Of a stretch of 64,000 nucleotides of DNA, positions 27,323 through 36,410 are shown piece by piece (position 1 is the first letter of the stretch; each line of letters opens with the position of its first letter). The DNA is from an uncultured Bacilli bacterium (GTDB lineage Bacteria > Bacillota_I > Bacilli_A > RF39 > UBA660), in NCBI GenBank assembly GCA_934098665.1, contig CAKOOO010000001.1:106752-170751 (forward strand), read 5' to 3'. The notes under the pieces are model-generated. The model saw only the letters and a program-made list of their open reading frames with translations. It searched no databases and was not told where the DNA came from. A program made the translations under genes and the position numbers.

Positions 27323-28532
27323 AAAAAGTATTAAATTTATTTTTACATTTATAATGTTAATTTCAATAACAATTACTTCTTATTTTTTAATAAGCAAAGA
27401 TGATAATAAGTTTAATTTTAATAAAATTGTTAATGAAAATAAAGTTACTTATCCTATTATTAAAAAAATCTCTTTAGTGGCTACCGGTGATGCTCTTTTA
27501 CATAATCCAGTATATTTAAGTGCTTATGATAAAGAAACAGATACTTTTAATTTTGCTCCTCAACTAGAACTTGTTAAGGAACAAATAAAGGATTATGATA
27601 TAAAATACTATAATCAAGAAACAGTTTTTGGTGGTAAACTTACAGATAGATTTAACTGTAAATATAATATGCCGGGTTATTGTTCATATCCATATTTTAA
27701 CACTCCATCAGAGTTTGGTGATGCAATGGTTGATGCTGGATTTAATATGGTATCACTTGCATCAAATCATAGTGCAGACTGCACTTATGCATCAGACACA
27801 TGTTTAACTAATTCCTATAATTTTTGGAAGAATAAAAATGTAGTTTTTGATGGATTTAATGAAGATGAAACAATGGAAAATAAATATAATATTTCTGAAA
27901 AAAATGGAATAAAGTATGGTTTTTTAAATTATACAAATACTTTAAATGGACTTGATAACTCAGTTAGTAATATTAAATATAAAATTGATATTTATGATGA
28001 AGAAACTGCTAAAAAAGAAATTGAAGATTTAAAAACAAAAGTGGATGTAATTATTGTAGCAATGCATTGGCATAAAGCAAGTGCTGAATATGAAACAGTT
28101 CCTACTGCATCTAATAAAGAAATAGCAAATTATCTTGCTTCTCTAGGAGTAAATATTATTTTAGGAACATATTCACACTGTCTTCAACCATTTGACATTA
28201 TTGGAAATACTGTGGTTTTCTATTCACTTGGTAATTTTATTTCTAACCAAGGAGATTTGCTTGATATGATAGGATATAAAGGTATTGTGGGAGTTCTTGC
28301 CTCAATGGATATAACCAAAACTACTTATGAAGATGGTACATCAGAAATTAAAGTAGATAATATTGGTGCAGATCTTACCTATACATATAATAAAAATCAT
28401 AAAGATTATAAAGTTATTCCTTTTAGTAAAATGAATGAAAGTTATAATAAAGATTATAAATCAATTTATGAAGAATATAAAAATGTTCTTACTTCTTTAA
28501 ATCAAAATATTAATGTTAAACCCGTAAATTAA
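27300..28532 (+). CDS. CapA/PGA_cap-family metallophosphatase-like protein (poly-gamma-glutamate capsule synthesis family)
   Basis: N-terminal TM. VATGDALLHNPVY is the CapA N-terminal motif. Also IVAMHWH and ILGTYSH. Confidence 0.7.
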   Translation: MKKKRKIKKSIKFIFTFIMLISITITSYFLISKDDNKFNFNKIVNENKVTYPIIKKISLVATGDALLHNPVYLSAYDKETDTFNFAPQLELVKEQIKDYDIKYYNQETVFGGKLTDRFNCKYNMPGYCSYPYFNTPSEFGDAMVDAGFNMVSLASNHSADCTYASDTCLTNSYNFWKNKNVVFDGFNEDETMENKYNISEKNGIKYGFLNYTNTLNGLDNSVSNIKYKIDIYDEETAKKEIEDLKTKVDVIIVAMHWHKASAEYETVPTASNKEIANYLASLGVNIILGTYSHCLQPFDIIGNTVVFYSLGNFISNQGDLLDMIGYKGIVGVLASMDITKTTYEDGTSEIKVDNIGADLTYTYNKNHKDYKVIPFSKMNESYNKDYKSIYEEYKNVLTSLNQNINVKPVN

Positions 28533-28641
28533 TGAACTAAATTAGTTCATTTTTTTTATTTATAATTTAAATTAAATTATATCTTTAAAAATCAAACATT
28601 TTTATATTAATTTCACATTTTTTTGACCACTTTTAAAAAAT

Positions 28642-28672
28642 AGTATAAAAAAAGAAAAGCATTTGCTTTTCC
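28642..28672 (-). terminator. Rho-independent terminator for the small minus-strand genes
   Basis: gaaaagca-tt-tgcttttc, preceded on the plus strand by an A-run (a T-run on the minus strand). Confidence 0.5.
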
Positions 28673-28674
28673 TC

Positions 28675-28794
28675 TTAGATAATTGGTCCTATAATTATTG
28701 CAAGTAAGATATAAAGTATTAAAACTATGAAAAAATAATTGTTAAATCCGTTAGAGCATTTATCCTCTGGATTTTTTTTATTACAGCAGCTCAT
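28675..28794 (-). CDS. YjcZ-like small hydrophobic sporulation-type protein (39 aa)
   Basis: Manual translation: MSCCNKKNPEDKCSNGFNNYFFIVLILYILLAIIIGPII, with RBS gaggtgaga upstream. It is not in the ORF track because it is under 60 aa. Confidence 0.4.
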   Translation of the reverse strand: MSCCNKKNPEDKCSNGFNNYFFIVLILYILLAIIIGPII

Positions 28795-28803
28795 ATCTCA
28801 CCT

Positions 28804-28890
28804 CTAAATATAGGCGCCAACTATGATTATAAGAAGTATAAATAATACTAATATAATCGCAGCTCCAAGACTACCTGCACAATGATTCAT
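28804..28890 (-). CDS. YjcZ-like small hydrophobic protein (28 aa)
   Basis: Manual translation: MNHCAGSLGAAIILVLFILLIIIVGAYI, with RBS aaaggagg upstream. It is a tandem paralog of the previous gene. Confidence 0.4.
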   Translation of the reverse strand: MNHCAGSLGAAIILVLFILLIIIVGAYI

Positions 28891-28956
28891 ATAAATTCCT
28901 CCTTTTTGTCTTTTCATAATATTAAATGCTAAATATTATTTTTTGACACAACGAAG

Positions 28957-29475
28957 TTATTTATCTTCTTCATCGAGTAATTTAATTATCTTATCTTGAT
29001 TTGCTATTATCTTTTCTATTTTATTATATAAAGTTTCAATGATAAGTTCAGTTTTTAAATCTGTTTTATAATCATTTTCACTACGAAGTCTATCTTTTTT
29101 AGCTTCCCTATTTTGACTCATCATAATTATTGGTGCTTGAAGTGCCGCTATACAAGATAAAAGTAGGTTCAAAAGAATAAACGGATATGGATCAGCCTCT
29201 TTTAAAACATATAAATTAAGAATTATCCATAAAATTAAAAATATAATTAAACCTATTATAAATGGCCAACTACCCGCTATTTGAGTTATTTTATCCGCTA
29301 AAAAATCTCCAAAAGACCTATTTGTATCAATTTCTTTATCGGTATCTATTGATATAGGACTTTTTGTAAGCATATCTACAAGTTCCTCTTCGCTTTTACC
29401 CTCTAAATTTTCTTTTAAAAGTAATTTTACAAGTTCCTTTTTATTATTTTGCATATTATCTATCACCATATTCAT
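28957..29475 (-). CDS. small membrane protein (DUF1003-like, two TM)
   Basis: 172 aa with a central pair of TM helices flanked by charged helical regions. Confidence 0.45.
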   Translation of the reverse strand: MNMVIDNMQNNKKELVKLLLKENLEGKSEEELVDMLTKSPISIDTDKEIDTNRSFGDFLADKITQIAGSWPFIIGLIIFLILWIILNLYVLKEADPYPFILLNLLLSCIAALQAPIIMMSQNREAKKDRLRSENDYKTDLKTELIIETLYNKIEKIIANQDKIIKLLDEEDK

Positions 29476-29521
29476 AATATCACTAAAAAAATGACATGTA
29501 AATTAAAAAAATATAATTAAG

Positions 29522-30613
29522 CTAAAATAGTTTAATTATATCGTTAATTGTTACAATTATCATTAAAAGGAATATTAAGATAAAACCTATTAAATGACAA
29601 GTACTTTCAAATTTAGAGTTAACAGGACTTCCTTTTATTTTCTCCACTAAAAGGAAGAATACATGTCCACCATCAAATGCTGGGAATGGTAATATATTTA
29701 TAAAACCAACATTAATAGATAAAAATGCTAATATATATAAGAAATATTTAATACCATAGTTAACAGTTTCGCCAACGACTTCATAAATACCCACAGGTCC
29801 TGATAAAGCAGAAAGTCCTATTTTACCAGTTATTAAACCAGTAATTGTATAAAACATTGAACTCATAATTGAATTAAATTTTTTAATACTATAAACAAAT
29901 GCTTTAAACACATTAGAGGTATCAAAAGTTGCTATTTGAATACCAAATAGTTTTGACTCACTACCAGTTTTTTCATCTTTAATAATTTCGGGGACAATTT
30001 TAATTTCCTCTTTAGTTCCATCAGGATGTTTTACATCAAAAGTATAAAATTCATTTTTATTTTTATAATATAAAATAATTTGTGCTTTATCCCAAGATGA
30101 TACTTTATAACCGTTTATACTTGTAATAACATCACCAGTTTTTATTCCAGCACTTTCTGCAGGTTTTCCTGAAACTACATTTTCTACTTTCGGAGTAATT
30201 GCTCCTCCACCCCAAATAAGGGTATACACAAATAATACTATAATTGCTAAAATAAAATTATTAACAACACCTGCTACTAAAATGATTAATCTTTGCCACC
30301 ATTTTTTATTACACATTAATTTATCTTTTTTTATTTTTTTATTATTTAAATCTACATCATCATTATCATATACTTCACCAGCCATAGATACAAACCCTCC
30401 AATAGGAATTGCTCTAATATTATAATTTATACCGTCTTTTTTACCTTTATGAGTATGTAAAACTGGTCCCATACCTATTGAAAATTCATAAATATACACT
30501 CCAAAAGTTTTAGCCCAAATAAAATGACCAAACTCATGAACTAATATTATAATTCCTAACATAAATAATAATAATAATATTTTTAAAATAAATAATCCTA
30601 TACTTGTAAACAT
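29522..30613 (-). CDS. rseP: RIP site-2 metalloprotease RseP (M50, PDZ-containing)
   Basis: HEFGHFIWAK is the HExxH motif in TM1. A PDZ-like central region and the second zinc ligand region NILPFPAFDGGH are present. Confidence 0.85.
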   Translation of the reverse strand: MFTSIGLFILKILLLLFMLGIIILVHEFGHFIWAKTFGVYIYEFSIGMGPVLHTHKGKKDGINYNIRAIPIGGFVSMAGEVYDNDDVDLNNKKIKKDKLMCNKKWWQRLIILVAGVVNNFILAIIVLFVYTLIWGGGAITPKVENVVSGKPAESAGIKTGDVITSINGYKVSSWDKAQIILYYKNKNEFYTFDVKHPDGTKEEIKIVPEIIKDEKTGSESKLFGIQIATFDTSNVFKAFVYSIKKFNSIMSSMFYTITGLITGKIGLSALSGPVGIYEVVGETVNYGIKYFLYILAFLSINVGFINILPFPAFDGGHVFFLLVEKIKGSPVNSKFESTCHLIGFILIFLLMIIVTINDIIKLF

Positions 30614-30626
30614 TTTAAATTCTCCT

Positions 30627-31415
30627 TTATAATAATATTAATGATAATGCTACATATGTAAGAAATATTACAAGTGTGCTATCAAATCTATCAAGTGCCC
30701 CGCCATGACCTGGCATTATATTTGAAAAATCTTTAATTGAATTTTCTCTTTTTAATTTACTAAATATTAAATCACCAACTTGATCCATAATACTTAAAAT
30801 AACTGTTATTAAAATAACTTCTAAACTTAACTTTTTAAAAAATAAATAATAAATAATTATGGGAATAATCGTTCCAAACAAAGTGCCACCAATACTTCCC
30901 TCCCAAGTCTTTTTTGGTGAAATATTTGGGCATAATTTGTTTTTACCAAATAGACTTCCTGCAAAAAGTGCAAATGAATCTGTAACTACTGAAATAGAAA
31001 CTAAATATAAAAATAAATTTAGTCCCATATTTCTTACTAATATTATACTATTAAATCCAAGTCCTATAAATAAAATTAAACCAATTAAATGAAATGCATC
31101 TTTTATTGAATATTTTTCATCAAATATAACTGGCACAATAAGACTAAAACAAATTATAGCTAAATATACATAAGAAACACCACTATAATATAAAGAATAT
31201 GTTGTATTTGCAAATACAATTAAAAGTAAACTTAAAAGTCCTAAATATTTTGGAATGTTGGGAATATTTTCATGAGTTTTCTTTAAATCCATAATTTCTT
31301 TATAAGACCATAAACATATAAGTCCTATTGCTATTTTAAATGGATATCCACCCAAATAAACAAAAGGAATAGCAATAATAATTGCTACTATAGCACTAAT
31401 AATTCTTGTTTTCAT
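30627..31415 (-). CDS. cdsA: phosphatidate cytidylyltransferase
   Basis: The C-terminal signature is FSKLKRENSIKDFSNIMPGHGGALDRFDS. Confidence 0.85.
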   Translation of the reverse strand: MKTRIISAIVAIIIAIPFVYLGGYPFKIAIGLICLWSYKEIMDLKKTHENIPNIPKYLGLLSLLLIVFANTTYSLYYSGVSYVYLAIICFSLIVPVIFDEKYSIKDAFHLIGLILFIGLGFNSIILVRNMGLNLFLYLVSISVVTDSFALFAGSLFGKNKLCPNISPKKTWEGSIGGTLFGTIIPIIIYYLFFKKLSLEVILITVILSIMDQVGDLIFSKLKRENSIKDFSNIMPGHGGALDRFDSTLVIFLTYVALSLILL

Positions 31416-31840
31416 TTTAACCTTTCATCAAATTTATCCATTTCGTCAACCTGTGATTCCACCAAAGCAATAAATCTTTTTTTATAACTTATTACTTTTC
31501 TTTGTAATTCTTCTGCTTCTCTTTCAATATTTTGTGCTTTTAAAAGTGAATTATTAACAATTTTCGAAGCATTATTTTTGGCATCTTCCACAATTAATTT
31601 ACTCTGAGCAAAAGCTGCTTTTTGAGCATTAGCACTAGTTTCTTGAGCAAGCAAAAGAGTGTCGTTTAAAGTCTTTTCTAAATTTTTATATTTTTCATTT
31701 TCCTCTTTAAGACTTTGTGCCTCTAAAGTAACATTTTTTAATTTTTCATAAATACTTTCATATTCACTAGCTACTTCACCCACAAATTTAGCGACATCAC
31801 TTTTATTATAACCATAGATATTAGTTCTAAATTTAACCAT
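31412..31840 (-). CDS. DivIVA-domain cell-division protein
   Basis: The N-terminus FRTNIYGYNKSDVAKFVGEVASEYE follows the DivIVA pattern (F..RGY...V..FL..V). The rest is coiled-coil. Confidence 0.65.
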   Translation of the reverse strand: MVKFRTNIYGYNKSDVAKFVGEVASEYESIYEKLKNVTLEAQSLKEENEKYKNLEKTLNDTLLLAQETSANAQKAAFAQSKLIVEDAKNNASKIVNNSLLKAQNIEREAEELQRKVISYKKRFIALVESQVDEMDKFDERLK

Positions 31841-31852
31841 GGATTACCCTTT

Positions 31853-32260
31853 CTACCAATCTATTTCCTCAGTTTCTTCCTTTTCTTTCTTATCAGTATC
31901 ATCAGTTATTTTACCTTGTACATTAACATTTTTTGGTGTACATAAGTAAATACCAACACCTATTTTTTGCATTGAACCACCGATTGCATAAATGCAACCA
32001 CTTAAAAAATCAATAATTCTTTTTGCTTGAGGTGCTGTAACTCTTTTTAAATTAACAACAACTGAATTACGATTTTTAAGATGATCAGCAATTTGTTGTG
32101 ATTCAGAATATGCACGTGGTTCAAGTAAAATCATTTTATTACCTGTTTTGTCTGCCTCTTTTACAGCATCTTCTTTACTAATGGTATAAAATTCATCTTC
32201 ACTTACACTTTGCATTTCATCATCATTATCTTCGAATAATTTTTTAAATTTAAACGCCAT
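31853..32260 (-). CDS. sepF: cell division protein SepF
   Basis: 135 aa. The C-terminal SepF domain is VVVNLKRV...AKRIIDFLSGCIYAIGGSMQKIG. Confidence 0.75.
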   Translation of the reverse strand: MAFKFKKLFEDNDDEMQSVSEDEFYTISKEDAVKEADKTGNKMILLEPRAYSESQQIADHLKNRNSVVVNLKRVTAPQAKRIIDFLSGCIYAIGGSMQKIGVGIYLCTPKNVNVQGKITDDTDKKEKEETEEIDW

Positions 32261-32394
32261 ACTTTATCCTCCTAGTATCTATTTAATTATACTAAAAAAA
32301 AATCTACTTTGCAATAATGCTAAAATAGATTTTTCATAATTTTGTTACTAGACACATTTAAACAAATCTTGTATAATTTAAATGGTGATAAAAA

Positions 32395-33003
32395 TTGAAA
32401 AAGAAAATACTTATGCTTTTACTTTTAATGTTTATGATATGTAGTTGTGCTCAAAATAAACCAATGCCAAAGGAAAATCCTATTGTAACTATGGATATTA
32501 AAGATTTTGGACAAATTAAAATAGAACTTTATCCGAATATTGCCTTTAATACGGTGGCAAATTTTGTAAACTTAACTGAAGAAGGATTTTATGATAATAA
32601 CACAATTCATAGAGTTCAAAAAGGTTTTGTAATTCAAGGTGGTGATCCCACTGGTACTGGAACTGGTGGACCTGGTTATTCCATTAAAGGTGAATTTAGT
32701 CAAAATGGTTTTAATAACACTTTATCTCATACAAAAGGAGTTATATCAATGGCCAGAAATGCAGACCCAAATTCCGCGGGAAGTCAATTTTTCATAGTGC
32801 TATCTGATGATGCTAAAACTTCTCTTGATGGACTATATGCATCATTTGGAAAAGTAATCGAAAAAATGGATGTAATTGAAAAGATAGAAAATACTGATTT
32901 TGAAATTGATAATACCGCTTTTGGAACACTAAAAAAACCTCTTATAATTGAAAAAACTACAGTTGATACAAAAGGCTATACATATAAAGTAACTAAAAAT
33001 TAG
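32395..33003 (+). CDS. cyclophilin-type peptidyl-prolyl cis-trans isomerase, lipoprotein
   Basis: Lipobox LLMFMICSC. Cyclophilin motifs HRVQKGFVIQGGDPTGTGTGGPGY and SMARNADPNSAGSQFFI. Confidence 0.9.
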   Translation: MKKKILMLLLLMFMICSCAQNKPMPKENPIVTMDIKDFGQIKIELYPNIAFNTVANFVNLTEEGFYDNNTIHRVQKGFVIQGGDPTGTGTGGPGYSIKGEFSQNGFNNTLSHTKGVISMARNADPNSAGSQFFIVLSDDAKTSLDGLYASFGKVIEKMDVIEKIENTDFEIDNTAFGTLKKPLIIEKTTVDTKGYTYKVTKN

Positions 33004-33031
33004 TTACTTTTTTTAAAGCAAAAAAGGATAG

Positions 33032-36000
33032 TTAATCTACCCTTTTAATATTGATACCAACATTATAATTATTAAGCACTATATCTTTATTTAAACTTTC
33101 ATCATAGTTTAGTGTTACCGCTAAAGTTTCATTTTTTACATATTCTTCGTTATCTTTAATCGAAGAGATAAACTCTTTTTCACCATTTAAAGTGATAATA
33201 ATTCTATCTGCTATATCAAAATCTCTTTCTTTTCTAATAGCTTGAACTTTTGAAACAAATTCTCTAGCATTACCTTCTTTTTTAAGCTCATCAGTAATAA
33301 CTGCATTAAGTATAACAAATTTGCCATTATCCATGCCAATATCAAAGCCTTCTTTAGCACTATATCTTATATCAATTAAATCTTTATTAATTGCATAATC
33401 ATTGCCATCAAAATTTAATGAAATTTCTTTATCATTAATTAATAAATCAATATCCTCTTTACTTAACTTTCCTAATAATGCTTGATATTCTTTCATATTT
33501 TTGCCAAATACTTTACCTGCTTCTTTGAAATTAGGTTTAATTTCAAAATTCATATAAGTATTTACATCTTGAATATATTTTACTTCTTTGACATTTAATT
33601 CCTCTTTTATTAAAGAAGTAAGTAAACCAATAATATCTTTATATTTTCCATCAATTAATACCTCTGATAAAGGTTGACGTACTTTAATTTTATTTTCTTC
33701 ACGAACATATCTTCCGATAGAAATTAAATCTCTTACTAAATCCATTTTTTCTTCTAAAGGGTTATCAATTAATTTTTCATTGCAAACTGGATACTCTGCT
33801 AAATGAACAGAAGTTTCACTTGTTAAGTTTGTATAAATTTCTTCACTTACAAAAGGAGCAATTGGAGCTATTAGTTTGCATAATCCACTTAAAACTTCGT
33901 AAGTTGTTTTGTATACACTTTTTTTAGAATTATCAAGTTTGTTTCCCCAGAATCTATTACGATTACGTCTTATATACCAGTTAGATAAATCATCTGAAAC
34001 AAATGATGTAATATATCTTGTAACTTTATTTAAATCATATTCATCGAATGCATTTCTAACATTTTTCACTAAATTATTATATTTAGAAAGTAACCATTTA
34101 TCTATTTCTTCACGTAAAGAATATTCAATTTCACATTCACTAATATTAATATTATCTACATTTGCATACATCTGGAAGAATGAATAAGTATTTTTTAAAG
34201 GATTTACAAATTTTGAATAAACTTCCTTGACACCATCCTCATCGAATTTAAGCGGAGTCCATACTGGAGAAGCATAAAGCATATACCATCTTATAGAGTC
34301 TGCTCCATATTTTTCCATAATAGCTACAGGGTCAATAATATTTCCAGTAGATTTACTCATTTTTTTACCATTTTTATCAAGCATCATATCATTAACTACA
34401 ACATTTTTAAATGATGAAGTTCCACTTATAATTGTACTTATTACAAGTAGTACATAAAACCATCCACGAGTTTGATCAATACCCTCTGCAATAAAATCTG
34501 CTGGGAAATGTTTATCAAACCACTCTTTATTTTCAAAAGGATAATGGCATTGTGCATAAGGCATTGAACCTGAATCAAACCAAACATCAGCTACATCACT
34601 TACTCTATGCATTGTACCACCACAAGAACACTTCATTGTAATATTATCTACATATGGTCTATGTAAATCTATATCTTCATATTTAAGCTTTTGGTCAGCT
34701 TTTTCAATTAATTCTTCACGAGAACCAATTACATCAAATTTACCACAATCATCACATACCCAAAATGGAAGTGGACAACCCCAGTATCTATTTCTAGAAA
34801 TTCCCCAGTCTACCATATTATCAAGCCAGTTACCAAATCTTTTTGTACCAACATACTGTGGATACCAATTGATTTTATTATTTTCTTCGATTATTTTATC
34901 TTTATAATCAGTTGTTTTTACATACCACGCTGGCTTAGCAAAATAAATAAGTGGACTTTTACATCTCCAGCAATGAGGATAGTCGTGCTCAATTTTTATT
35001 TTTTTAAATAATTTATCATTTTCTTTTAGCCATTTGATAATTGTTATTTCTAAGTCTTTATCAGTAACTAAAGTACCTTTCCAAGGACCAACTGTATATT
35101 TACCTGCAAGGTCTACACTTTGAGTCCAACCAAAGCCATTTTCTTGGCAAACTCTATTATCATCTTCTCCATATGCTGGTGCAATGTGAACAATACCAGT
35201 TCCGTCAGTAGATGTTACATAGCTATCTGCAACTACTTCAAATGCTTTACCACCTTCAACAGTTGCAAATGGCATTAATTGTTCATATTTAAGCCCTACT
35301 AAGTCAGTTCCTTTAAATGTTTCTAAAACTTTATAATCTTCACCTAAAACTTTATCTGCAAGGTCTTTACATAGTATAAATTTATATCCCATAGACTGTG
35401 CTTTAATGTAGTCATAATCTGGATTAACACATGCAGCAACATTATCAAGAAGTGTCCATGGTGTTGTAGTCCAAACAAGTAAGTATTCATCTTTACCAAC
35501 TAATTTAAATGGAACAATTACTGTATTAACTGGATCTAATTGATATCCTTGATCGACTTCAAACTTAGCAAGTTCTGTACCACATCTTGGACAATATGGA
35601 AGTATTTTATTACTATGATAAATAGCACCTTTTTTATGCATTTCTTTAAGTAAATACCATTCAGTTTCATGATAATCATTTTCACAAGTAATATACGGAT
35701 GTTCTTCATCAATAAATTGGCCCATCATATCAGTAACTTTTTTTACTTCACTAATATTTAAAGCTGTATTTTTTTTACATTCTTCAATAAACTTTTCAAT
35801 TCCCATTGCTTCAATGTCTTTTTTGCCATTAATGCCTAATTTCTTTTCAACATTATACTCAATAGGAAGTCCGTTACAATCAAGTCCAATTTTTCTATCA
35901 ACTCTATATCCGTTCATAACATTATACTTACAAAAAGCATCTTTAATTGTTTTAGCAAATACATGATGAATTCCAGGTTTAGCATTAGCGTAAATTGGTC

Positions 36001-36139
36001 CATCATAAAATACAAAGTTTTCATCTCCTTTTGTAGTAAGTGATAAAATATCTTCTTTTTGCCAAGTATCTAATATACTTTTTTCTACTTCATTAGTACT
36101 TCTTTCATCTAATTTTTTAAACATCTTTCTTCCCTCCAT
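33032..36139 (-). CDS. ileS: isoleucyl-tRNA synthetase
   Basis: 1035 aa. A HIGH-like PGIHHVF and KMSKS are present. A C-terminal Zn-binding CxxC region is seen in the sequence. Confidence 0.95.
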   Translation of the reverse strand: MEGRKMFKKLDERSTNEVEKSILDTWQKEDILSLTTKGDENFVFYDGPIYANAKPGIHHVFAKTIKDAFCKYNVMNGYRVDRKIGLDCNGLPIEYNVEKKLGINGKKDIEAMGIEKFIEECKKNTALNISEVKKVTDMMGQFIDEEHPYITCENDYHETEWYLLKEMHKKGAIYHSNKILPYCPRCGTELAKFEVDQGYQLDPVNTVIVPFKLVGKDEYLLVWTTTPWTLLDNVAACVNPDYDYIKAQSMGYKFILCKDLADKVLGEDYKVLETFKGTDLVGLKYEQLMPFATVEGGKAFEVVADSYVTSTDGTGIVHIAPAYGEDDNRVCQENGFGWTQSVDLAGKYTVGPWKGTLVTDKDLEITIIKWLKENDKLFKKIKIEHDYPHCWRCKSPLIYFAKPAWYVKTTDYKDKIIEENNKINWYPQYVGTKRFGNWLDNMVDWGISRNRYWGCPLPFWVCDDCGKFDVIGSREELIEKADQKLKYEDIDLHRPYVDNITMKCSCGGTMHRVSDVADVWFDSGSMPYAQCHYPFENKEWFDKHFPADFIAEGIDQTRGWFYVLLVISTIISGTSSFKNVVVNDMMLDKNGKKMSKSTGNIIDPVAIMEKYGADSIRWYMLYASPVWTPLKFDEDGVKEVYSKFVNPLKNTYSFFQMYANVDNINISECEIEYSLREEIDKWLLSKYNNLVKNVRNAFDEYDLNKVTRYITSFVSDDLSNWYIRRNRNRFWGNKLDNSKKSVYKTTYEVLSGLCKLIAPIAPFVSEEIYTNLTSETSVHLAEYPVCNEKLIDNPLEEKMDLVRDLISIGRYVREENKIKVRQPLSEVLIDGKYKDIIGLLTSLIKEELNVKEVKYIQDVNTYMNFEIKPNFKEAGKVFGKNMKEYQALLGKLSKEDIDLLINDKEISLNFDGNDYAINKDLIDIRYSAKEGFDIGMDNGKFVILNAVITDELKKEGNAREFVSKVQAIRKERDFDIADRIIITLNGEKEFISSIKDNEEYVKNETLAVTLNYDESLNKDIVLNNYNVGINIKRVD

Positions 36140-36410
36140 TAAAAAAAGTGGTTACCAAAAGGGTGCTATTGCACGGTACCACCTTTATATTTAACTTATT
36201 ATCCTTAATGCGGATTAAACATTTTATCCTATTTATTTAGATAAACAACTCCCAAGTGATCTAAATTACTTATTACTATTAACTTTCACCAAACGTTAAC
36301 TCTCTTAAAGTTTTTAGGTAATTTCGTCTTGTTCATAGTCTTTTCAAAACACATCTAAATTATATGCTTTTTTTATATAATTGTCAAACAAAATATTTTG
36401 GTTATTTTTA
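36140..36410 (-). promoter_or_regulatory. T-box riboswitch leader of ileS
   Basis: The minus strand contains AAAGGTGGTACCGTGCAATAGCACCC (T-box consensus AATTAGGGTGGTACCGCG) at plus 36155-36180, overlapping the 5' arm of a terminator hairpin (ggtggtacc...ggtaaccac) followed by TTTTTTT (plus-strand aaaaaaa 36134-36140). Confidence 0.7.
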
